Shown here: positions 56,598 through 64,000 of the stretch, piece after piece
How the letters are laid out: each line of letters begins with the position of its first letter
Position numbering within the stretch: the stretch's first letter is position 1
Source of the DNA: an uncultured delta proteobacterium
GTDB taxonomy: Bacteria > Desulfobacterota > Binatia > HRBIN30 > BPIQ01
DNA: 64,000 bases
Direction of reading: 5' to 3'
Assembly (NCBI GenBank): GCA_963761335.1
Contig: CAVXGR010000012.1
Location: 192,001 to 256,000 of the forward strand
Notes under the pieces: model-generated
What the model was told of the DNA's origin: nothing
What the model saw: only the letters and a program-made list of their open reading frames with translations
Database searches by the model: none
Position numbers and translations under genes: made by a program

Positions 56598-57852
56598 AGA
56601 CGTCCCCTCCTACCTCTACGTCATCCAAGCCGCCTCTGGCGCCAGCGACGGTGAGGTCCTCTCCCTCTCCGGGGTCAAAGATAGCGTCATCCGCTTCACC
56701 GACCGCCCCTATCACCAGGTAGAGAACGTCTCGCTCGAGGAGCTCGCCCACGAATGGCAAGACGGCATCTTCGCCGGCTCCCCGCCCAACGCCGCCGTCT
56801 CCTGGGACGACAACGGCGAGCGAGCCGCCGCCGCCATCGAGATCACGAACTTGACCTATGACGGTGAAACGCTCGCGCTGGCCTACAACGAGCTCAAAGA
56901 CGCGGACATCCTCGGCGCAATGGAGCCGTCGCCCATTCCCGCCGAGCTGACCGACGTCAGCGTCGTCGTCGACGGCACCGCGGGGTACATCGTCATGCCG
57001 TTTTGGATCTGCGAGATCGCCGCAGCCGGCACCCCTGAGCAATGTACGGCACCTACCGCCGACGTTCTCAACGCCTTCAACCTCACCGGGCCCTACCCGC
57101 AGGAGAACATCTCCGGCACTTTCACCGACACGCTCTTCACCACTGGCGGAATCGTCGTCCACGATGCGGCCTCTGAGGCCCTCGCCACCCTCGTCTTCCC
57201 GTGCGATGGGAGTGGGCCGAGCGACGCCTACACTGCCGTGGTCAGCTGGCTCGCATCGACGTTCGACAGTGCCACCTACCCGCCCGTTCCCAGCGGCGAG
57301 CCCGCTTGCGATCCTGCGATTGGCGTGAGCGCAGGATGGTGCGAGGGCACCATCGAGGAGAAGGACCCTCGCAACGTCGTCGAGTGCATCTGGCACTGGA
57401 CCGGTGCCCCGACCCCGGTCCGGACGGCGACACCCAGCCCGACGCCGACTCCCGACTACAGCACCCAGTCATCCGCAGAGATCCTCGCGGAGTTCGCTGA
57501 GGTTCCGCTGGAGCAGCAGCAATTTTGTTTCGAAACGCTGCTGCCGCCGCCCGTCTGCGACAGGGCGAGCGATGTCTTTGCGCAGACCGCCAACGACTTG
57601 ACTGATCTCGCCCTCAGCTTCGATTGCAATTACGAAATCCAAGAGGCCGGGGCCACCGGTTTTACTCCCGACCGCAACACCACCAAGAGCGAAAGCAAGA
57701 CCTACACGCCATCCGCATACAACGAACAGTGGTCGTGCACGTTGTCCGAGACGACGACGACGGATACATCCGGCGCCGTACCGGTGAAAATGGAGAGCTC
57801 GGCGTCGATCGATTGCGTCATTCCTGGGACGTCAGTACACGTACGCGAATAG
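56598..57852 (+). CDS. Acidic Cys-rich extracellular-type protein, apparently 5' truncated
   Basis: Coding-like codon usage from about 56600 (YLYVIQAASG...FTDRP...PPNAA); PT linker; no credible start or signal peptide. Confidence 0.55.
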
Positions 57853-58003
57853 CATCGATGGTGGCGGGGCGGGGCATGGATAGGCTTCTCCTCCTGTGGA
57901 CACATTGCAGGTGTTCCCGCATTCCATCGCTCACTTGTCGAGGCGTGCTCCGCCATGGTCGGCTGAGGCGGCGCCTCGACCGAGGGGCGCGGCGCGGCTC
58001 GCC

Positions 58004-58600
58004 TCAGTCGCTCTTGCGACGCAGCTTGTCCTCGAGGCCGGCCTTCACTCGCGGCCATTCGCTGTCGATGATGCCGAAGTGCACAGAGTCGCGCCGCCGG
58101 CCTTGGTGCGCCACCATCTCCTGGCGGAGGATGCCTTCCTGGGTGGCGCCGAGGCGGAGGATGGCGGCGCGGGAGCGCTGGTTGAGGACATCGGTGCGCA
58201 GCGACACACGGATGCAGCCGAGACTTTCGAAGGCGTGGCGCAGCATGAGGTACTTGGCCTCGGTGTTGACCGGGGTGCGCTGCCACGGCGGCGCGATCCA
58301 GGTGTAGCCGATCTCGAGGCTGCGGTTGAACACGTCGAGGTTGGCGAAGCGGGTCGAGCCGACGATGCGGCCCGAGGCCTTGTGGAAGGTGGCGAACGGC
58401 GCCGCCCTGCCGCTCTCCTGCTGCGCCAGCGCCGCTTCGACGTAGACACGCATTTGCGCGGCGCTGCCGATCGGGGCGCTGCCCGTCCACTTCCAGATCT
58501 GGGGGTCGAGGCCGATCTCGGAGAGCGCCGCGCAGTGCGCCAGCGCCAGTGGCTCCAAACGGATATGCTCGCCTTCGAGGGCGACCGGCAGCAGGTTCAT
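58004..58600 (-). CDS. GNAT N-acetyltransferase (RimJ/RimL-like)
   Basis: GSTRF, EIGYTWI..WQRTPVNTEAK, NQRSRAAILRLGA..EGILR. ATG 58600. Confidence 0.92.
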   Translation of the reverse strand: MNLLPVALEGEHIRLEPLALAHCAALSEIGLDPQIWKWTGSAPIGSAAQMRVYVEAALAQQESGRAAPFATFHKASGRIVGSTRFANLDVFNRSLEIGYTWIAPPWQRTPVNTEAKYLMLRHAFESLGCIRVSLRTDVLNQRSRAAILRLGATQEGILRQEMVAHQGRRRDSVHFGIIDSEWPRVKAGLEDKLRRKSD

Positions 58601-58680
58601 GCCGATGCGATAGCCGCGGCGGCGAGGCAACGCCAGGCCGATTCGCCGATCGTGCAAGCTTTGCGCTATGCTCGCCGCCG

Positions 58681-60390
58681 ATGCGTCCGGCCGAAGCTCC
58701 CAGCGACAGAGGCCGCCCGCGCTCGGGCATGCGCCTCGCGGAGGTGTTCGCGCGCCGCCAGCGGCGCCGCAACACCCGTTCGCTGGTCGCCTACGCCGCC
58801 TTCCTGGTCATCGTCGTCGCCGTCTTCACGGTCGTCTTCCAACTGCTCATGCGCGCCGAGGGACAGGCGCACTCGTGGATCACTGGGATCTACTGGACGC
58901 TGAGCACGATGACCACGCTGGGCGTTGGCGACGTCGTCTTCCAGACCGACGCCGGCCGACTGTTCACGGTCATCGTCCTGGTCTCCGGTATCCTGCTCTT
59001 CCTCGTCGTCCTGCCGTTCGCCTTCATCCGCCACTTCTACGCCCCCTGGGTGGAGAACCGCCGGGTGCCGGCGCGCCTCGCCGGACACGTGATCGTGGCC
59101 AGCGCCGGCAACATCGCCCTGCCGCTGGTCGCCAAGCTGGAGCTGCACGGCATCCCCTACTTCATCATCGAGCCGGATGCGGCGCGCGCCGCGGCCATGC
59201 AGGCCGACGGCATCTCCGTCGCCGTCGGCGAGGTGGACGACCCGGCCACCTGGGAAAATCTCCGCGCTTCCGCCGCGGCTCTGGTGATCGCCAACGCCGA
59301 GGACGCCATCAATACCAACATCACCCTGACGGTACGCGAGATCTCCCCCTCCGTCCCCGTCGCCGCGCTCGCCGACAGCGAAGCCTCGGTGGAGATCCTG
59401 AAGGTCGTCGGCGCCGACCGCGTCTTCGCCCTCAAGCGCCAGCTCGGCGAGCACCTCGCCAACCGCCTCAACGCCGGGCACGCGCAGACGCACGTCATCG
59501 GCTCCTTTCGCGGCCTGGTGGTCGCCGAGTTCCCGGTCCATCACACCCCACTGGTCGGCCGCAGGATTGGCGACATCGGCCTGCGCGAGGCCATCGGCGT
59601 CAACATCGTCGGCGTGCTCGAGCAGGCGCGCTTCGTGCCGGCGCGGCCCGACATGCCGCTCACCGAGCTGAGCGTTCCGGTGGTCGTCGGCACGCCCGAA
59701 CAGATGCAGGCGCTCGACGAGTTCCTGGTGATCTACGACGCCAACTACAGCCCGGTCGTCGTCATCGGCGGCGGCAAGGTCGGCTGCGCCGCCGCCCACA
59801 TGCTGCACCGCAAGGGCCTGGCGGTGCACCTCGTCGACCGCGACGGGCTGGGAAGCGACTGGAGCGGGGAGCCGCCGGACGAGGTGCTGAGCGGAGACGC
59901 CGCCGAGAACGACCTGGTGCTGGCCGCCGGTCTGCTCCAGGCCCCCGGCGTCCTGCTCACCACCAGCGACGACGCCACCAACATCTATCTCGCCGTGCAC
60001 TGCCGGCGCCTGGCCCCCAATGTCCGCATCGTCAGCCGCGTCACCCACGACCGCAACATCGCCGCCATCCGCCGCGCCGGCGCCGACATCGCCCTCAGCC
60101 ACACCTCGCTCGGCGTGGAGTCGATGTTCGCGGTGCTGCACGGCCACGAGTTCATCATCCTCGGAGAGGGCGTCGAGATGCACGAGATGCCGGTGCCCTC
60201 CTCTCTGGCGGGGAAGACCCTGGCCCAGGCGGCCATCGCCGCCCGCTCCGGCCTCAACGTCATCGCCATCCAGGAGCCGGACAGGCTGCTCACCAACCCG
60301 CCGGCCAGCACTTCGCTGACGCCGGGGAGCGGCCTGCTGATGATCGGCGACCGCAGCCAGCTGAAGACCTTCATCGAGGCATACGGCTGA
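58681..60390 (+). CDS. Two-TM potassium channel with tandem TrkA-N/TrkA-C (RCK) domains
   Basis: YWTLSTMTTLGVGD pore; two RCK repeats (second with IGGGKVG). Start is 58681 or 58729. Confidence 0.88.
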   Translation: MRPAEAPSDRGRPRSGMRLAEVFARRQRRRNTRSLVAYAAFLVIVVAVFTVVFQLLMRAEGQAHSWITGIYWTLSTMTTLGVGDVVFQTDAGRLFTVIVLVSGILLFLVVLPFAFIRHFYAPWVENRRVPARLAGHVIVASAGNIALPLVAKLELHGIPYFIIEPDAARAAAMQADGISVAVGEVDDPATWENLRASAAALVIANAEDAINTNITLTVREISPSVPVAALADSEASVEILKVVGADRVFALKRQLGEHLANRLNAGHAQTHVIGSFRGLVVAEFPVHHTPLVGRRIGDIGLREAIGVNIVGVLEQARFVPARPDMPLTELSVPVVVGTPEQMQALDEFLVIYDANYSPVVVIGGGKVGCAAAHMLHRKGLAVHLVDRDGLGSDWSGEPPDEVLSGDAAENDLVLAAGLLQAPGVLLTTSDDATNIYLAVHCRRLAPNVRIVSRVTHDRNIAAIRRAGADIALSHTSLGVESMFAVLHGHEFIILGEGVEMHEMPVPSSLAGKTLAQAAIAARSGLNVIAIQEPDRLLTNPPASTSLTPGSGLLMIGDRSQLKTFIEAYG

Positions 60391-60725
60391 GGGAGGCGCG
60401 GGCTGGCTGGGTCAATGAGCGATCAGAGCAATGGAAAGCGACGGGATGAGAACCGGGAATGAGAATCGGCAAATGACCGCCGCCGCTCCCACGCTACTGC
60501 GTGCCGGTGACAATTTCTGGCAGCGCCACCGGGCTCTGGCATGTGCGCCACGGAACGGCGCAGATCGATTGCGCCAGGGTGCAGACTCGCGGCCCCGACG
60601 GCTCATTGCTCGAAATTCGGAAAGGCCGCCAGGGGCGGCATCGATCCTGCTTAGATCAGAGGGTGGAGCATGAAGGGGCACACCGCCGCAAGTGCGATTC
60701 GGCGCAAAACCCCTGGAGGTCGCAG

Positions 60726-60863
60726 ATGAACTCTGAGCCGAAATGTCCGCGTTGCGGATGGTGGATATCGTGGTGCCGGTGTCCCGGCGAGCGCAGCATC
60801 TGGGAAGCCAGCGGTGATCGGCCTGCCGCAGATCGCGAGGATATCGATAGCGATCAGGGCTAG
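60726..60863 (+). CDS. Putative 45-aa Cys-rich small protein
   Basis: GGAGGT RBS 5 nt before ATG; CPRCGWWISWCRC. Confidence 0.4.
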   Translation: MNSEPKCPRCGWWISWCRCPGERSIWEASGDRPAADREDIDSDQG

Positions 60864-60902
60864 AGATGGGCTAGAGAGCCCGACGAGGCAGTCGAGCCCT
60901 CC

Positions 60903-61313
60903 TCAGCCCACGGCGCGCAACCGCGTGCTGCTGCGGCGCACGTTGGGGCGGCTGCGCCGAAAGCGGCGCTCGCCCGTCTCTGAGCGCTGGCGCAGCCGCG
61001 CCAGCGCGGCGCGCACGGCACCCGGGTCGAGGCCCAGGGTCTCGCAGACGACGTTGAAGGAGAACGGCGACTTCCGATTGCTGGCACACACCCAGCTCTC
61101 GGCCTCGCCGCGCACCCGCTGCACGCTGCTCATGTAGCTGGCGATACCGTCCTCCAGCACCGCCAGCATCAACGCCTTGGTCCCCGTGTACTGACCGCTG
61201 CGTGGCTCTCCTCCGCCGAGCCCGGCAACCCCGGTAAGATCGAAACCTCCGTCATCGCCCGACATCCCGACGAGCTCGAGCAGAAGCCGCTTTCGCATCA
61301 GCGGATGTTCCAT
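60903..61313 (-). CDS. Conserved-looking hypothetical helical protein
   Basis: AGGGGAG RBS; KALMLAVLEDGI...EAESWV...PFSFNVVCETLGLDP..VR; basic tail. Confidence 0.75.
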   Translation of the reverse strand: MEHPLMRKRLLLELVGMSGDDGGFDLTGVAGLGGGEPRSGQYTGTKALMLAVLEDGIASYMSSVQRVRGEAESWVCASNRKSPFSFNVVCETLGLDPGAVRAALARLRQRSETGERRFRRSRPNVRRSSTRLRAVG

Positions 61314-61534
61314 CGCTCCCCTTTCGATGGTGCGCTCGGAGCCTCGCTCCAACCGGCGAATCCCTTCGGGATCCGCCAGCTGGAGCGTTCCCCCCTCGTC
61401 GTTCTGCGATTGTGCGACAGCGCGCCCCCCTTTGAAATCACGTTGAGGATTGAGCAAATAACGGGGCGGGACAATCGTCAAACGATAAATCGCTACATCC
61501 GGCCATCCGCTCGCATTAGAAATACTCACAGCTG

Positions 61535-62362
61535 TCATAAAGGTCCGCGAGCGGCGGCCACCGCGGCACGCACGCTGGCGCGCACCAGACGCAGGGCGGC
61601 GGCGGTGCGTGCGCCAAACCACCAGAGCGCCCGCCCGTCGATGAAGCGCGCCGGCGGCACCCCGCCCCAGGCCGCCAGCTCCGCCTGCATGGCCTGCAGA
61701 TCCACCTGACGAAAGCGATAGGGCTCGCTCGGAAGCAGGAGCAGCTCGGGGTGGCGCGCCGCCACCGCGTCGAGCGAGACCGTGCCGTAGCGCTGTGCGC
61801 CGTCGGCGCAGACATTGGCGGCGCCGCTCAGCCGCAGCACGTCGTGGGCGTAGGTATCGGCATTGAAGGTCATCCACGGATCTCGCCACACCGGGCAGAA
61901 CACCCGCAGCGGGCCAGCGGCCGGCTCCGCGGCGAGCTCGTCGAGCGCTTGGCGAATGCCGGCGCCGAGCTGCGCCGCCTCGCGGGGATGACCGACGATG
62001 CGGCCCAGGCGCTCGAGCCAGTCGCACACCTCGTCGACGCGCTTCGGAAAGGACACGAACACGGGGAGACCCGCATCCCGCAGGGCGCGATAATCCTCGA
62101 CGCGGTTCTCCTCCTCGCTCATGAAGACCAGGTCGGGCCGGTAGGCGACGATGCGCGCGCAGTCCGGATCCTTGGTGCCGCCGAGCCGCGGCCGGCGGCG
62201 TGCTTCCGCCGGCGCCGCGCAGAAGCGGGTGACGCCGGCGACCGCCTCGCCGGCACCGAGCGCGAACAGAGTCTCGGTGATGTTGGGGACCAGCGACACC
62301 ACTCGCCGCGGCGGCCGCGACAGCGACACGACGCGGCCGCGATCGTCGGCGACCTCGATCAC
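61535..62362 (-). CDS. Helical-backbone metal/cobalamin-binding protein (BtuF-like), no signal peptide
   Basis: DDRGR..PRRVVSLVPNITETL, GVTRFC, GGTKDP, PDLV..EEN. Confidence 0.85.
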   Translation of the reverse strand: MIEVADDRGRVVSLSRPPRRVVSLVPNITETLFALGAGEAVAGVTRFCAAPAEARRRPRLGGTKDPDCARIVAYRPDLVFMSEEENRVEDYRALRDAGLPVFVSFPKRVDEVCDWLERLGRIVGHPREAAQLGAGIRQALDELAAEPAAGPLRVFCPVWRDPWMTFNADTYAHDVLRLSGAANVCADGAQRYGTVSLDAVAARHPELLLLPSEPYRFRQVDLQAMQAELAAWGGVPPARFIDGRALWWFGARTAAALRLVRASVRAAVAAARGPL

Positions 62363-62601
62363 GGGGTGCGACGCAGCACCGACTCCAGCGCCTTGCGCTC
62401 GTCGGTGGTGATCTCCTCGCGGTGCGCCGCTCCCCCGGCGGTCGGCGTCGGCGTCGCCAGAGCCGCCGTCGGGCGCACCGGCGCCGCCGACGGGAAGCCG
62501 TTCCGCGGCCAGAGCCGCACGGCAACCGCGATCACGCCGAACGCCGCCGCGATCACCAGGATCGTGGACAGCAACCCGGGCTCGCGCCGGCGGCGCTTCA
62601 T
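62359..62601 (-). CDS. Small single-TM protein
   Basis: Basic N-terminus, TM helix, PT linker, EEITTDERKALESVL; overlaps both neighbours. Confidence 0.65.
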   Translation of the reverse strand: MKRRRREPGLLSTILVIAAAFGVIAVAVRLWPRNGFPSAAPVRPTAALATPTPTAGGAAHREEITTDERKALESVLRRTP

Positions 62602-63791
62602 CCCAGCTCGCCTGGCGACAGCGGCACTGTCAGCTCACCGCGCACGGCGGCCCGCAACACACTCCAGCGGCCGGCGCGATCCCAGCCGCCGACGCCGTTG
62701 TACCAGCGGATGCCGATCTCCTGGGCGCGCCGGCTGCGCGCCGCCAGGCCGAAGGCCAGGCGCCAGAACGGCCCGTAGAAGAGCCGCGTGCCGACACCGA
62801 GCCGATGCAGCTTGCGGCCCATCCACGAGGAGCGGATGAGGCCGGAGTAATCGGCGAAGGACAGGTCGGAGGTGGCGAAGGCCCGATCCAAGGTGGCGGC
62901 GGCGTAACGCCCATACTCGAAGGCGTAGGAGATCCCCTCGCCCATCAACGGATCCACGCCGGCGGCGTCGCCCACCAGCAGGGCGCCCCTGGTGGCCAGC
63001 GGCGCCGTGCTCCGGTACCAGTGGATGGGAAAGGCCTTGATGCGTTCCAGGCGGCCGCCGAGCCGCTCGACCTCGCGCCGCAGAAATTCCTGAAGCCGTT
63101 TGCCCTCCGGATGCACGGAGTAGACGCCGAGGTTGGCGTGCGGCTCTCCGCCGATGACACACGGGAATGCCCAGAAGTAGCCGCGCAGGCCGGAGGCGAC
63201 ACCGGTGAAGCCGAAGTCGTAGCGGCGCGCCGCGAAGCCGTCCCAGTCGAGGTCGCGAAGCGGAACGTCGGTCATCACGGCGCGGCCGGTGTTGGCACTC
63301 TTCGCCGCGATCAGCCGTCGCCGCACCACACTGCCGGAACCGTCGGCGCCGATCACGGCGCGCGCCAGAATGCTGCCGCGCTCGGTCTCCACGCGGATGC
63401 CGTCGCCCTCACGGCGCAGGTCGACGACGCGCTCGTGTTGCCGCAGCTCGCCGCCGCCGGACGTCCAGGCGTCCGCGAGGCTGGCGTCGAACTCGGCGCG
63501 GCGGATGACGCAGCAGAGATTCTCGCCGCGGTAGTCGACCCGTCCTCCGGGAATGTGCACTGCCGCAGCGTCCACCCGGGCATGGGGGACGCGCAGCGGC
63601 ACCCCGAGCTCCTCCAGGCAGGCCAGCGTGTGCGGGATGAGACCGCCGGCGCACACCTTCTCGCGCGGATGCTCCGCCTTCTCCAGCACCAGCGCTTCGC
63701 TGGCGAGTGCCGGATTGCGCTGGCGCAGAAACAGCGCGGTGGCGATTCCGGCGGGGCCGGAGCCGATGATTGCGAGCGGGCGGCGTTCCAT
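62598..63791 (-). CDS. FAD-dependent oxidoreductase, geranylgeranyl-reductase family
   Basis: IIGSGPAG, PREKVCAGG, IGADG, YFWAFP, LLVGDAAGVDPLMGEGI. ATG 63791. Confidence 0.9.
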   Translation of the reverse strand: MERRPLAIIGSGPAGIATALFLRQRNPALASEALVLEKAEHPREKVCAGGLIPHTLACLEELGVPLRVPHARVDAAAVHIPGGRVDYRGENLCCVIRRAEFDASLADAWTSGGGELRQHERVVDLRREGDGIRVETERGSILARAVIGADGSGSVVRRRLIAAKSANTGRAVMTDVPLRDLDWDGFAARRYDFGFTGVASGLRGYFWAFPCVIGGEPHANLGVYSVHPEGKRLQEFLRREVERLGGRLERIKAFPIHWYRSTAPLATRGALLVGDAAGVDPLMGEGISYAFEYGRYAAATLDRAFATSDLSFADYSGLIRSSWMGRKLHRLGVGTRLFYGPFWRLAFGLAARSRRAQEIGIRWYNGVGGWDRAGRWSVLRAAVRGELTVPLSPGELG

Positions 63792-63819
63792 GGGCAGCGG
63801 CGCCCGACGCGGGCTCCCT

Positions 63820-63999
63820 CTACTCCCGCGGCGGAACGTTGCTGCGCACCCACTCGACGATCGAGTCGGTGCTGGCGCCGGGAGTGAAGATCTCCTTGAC
63901 GCCCTGCTGCTTGAGGACCGGGATGTCCTCATGCGGCACGATGCCACCGCCAAAGACGACGACGTCCTGACCGCCCTTGTCGCGCAGCTGCTCGAGGAT
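63820..63999 (-). CDS. Cobalamin-binding domain of a methylmalonyl-CoA-mutase-like enzyme (3' end only)
   Basis: Read by hand: ILEQLRDKGGQDVVVFGGGIVPHEDIPVLKQQGVKEIFTPGAST...RE-stop. Confidence 0.85.
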   Translation of the reverse strand: MLEQLRDKGGQDVVVFGGGIVPHEDIPVLKQQGVKEIFTPGASTDSIVEWVRSNVPPRE

Positions 64000-64000
64000 C

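Larger units (their letters stand above)
54338..57942. mobile_element. 3.6-kb decayed islet bounded by 24-bp direct repeats; no recombinase gene
   Basis: GCATTCCATCGC(G/T)CACTTGTCGAG at 54338-54361 and 57919-57942; contains a TA pair and gene fragments. Confidence 0.55.

Noticed and set aside
41996..57942. Complete DGR (RT, avd, template repeat)
   Set aside because: No RT motifs and no adenine-rich second copy of the variable region seen in the window.
60676..60716. c-di-GMP riboswitch-like GGCACAC...GGCGCAAAA
   Set aside because: P2 spacing is wrong and there is no P3 or receptor.
1..64000. CRISPR array or cas genes
   Set aside because: No regularly spaced repeat-spacer units or cas motifs seen.

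Overview
High-GC bacterial chromosomal window. The FG-GAP/dockerin and PT-rich secreted proteins and the small protein at 60903 suggest a Deltaproteobacteria/Candidatus Binatia-like host (inference). Layout: (1) 1-17 kb housekeeping genes: epimerase, lepA-lepB, FG-GAP/dockerin protein, YqeY, peptide ABC transporter, NRDE, MoxR/VWA, DUF151, TPR protein, dGTPase. (2) 17-21.7 kb degenerate signalling and envelope genes. (3) 21.7-41.7 kb minus-strand Wzx/Wza-type polysaccharide cluster, including a CapD/PglF-like dehydratase fused to an intact receiver domain. (4) 42.0-54.3 kb a 12.24-kb phage-satellite-like element integrated in tRNA-Arg(CCT), bounded by 44-bp att repeats. It encodes an integrase, XRE regulator, primase-polymerase/DUF3987 protein and a large terminase but no recognisable capsid or portal. 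It carries an inserted secreted FGE/C-type-lectin-fold gene that looks like an orphan DGR target. (5) 54.3-57.9 kb a decaying 3.6-kb islet bounded by 24-bp direct repeats with an intact Phd-VapC toxin-antitoxin pair. (6) 58-64 kb core genes. All family calls come from motif recognition by eye; no searches were run.
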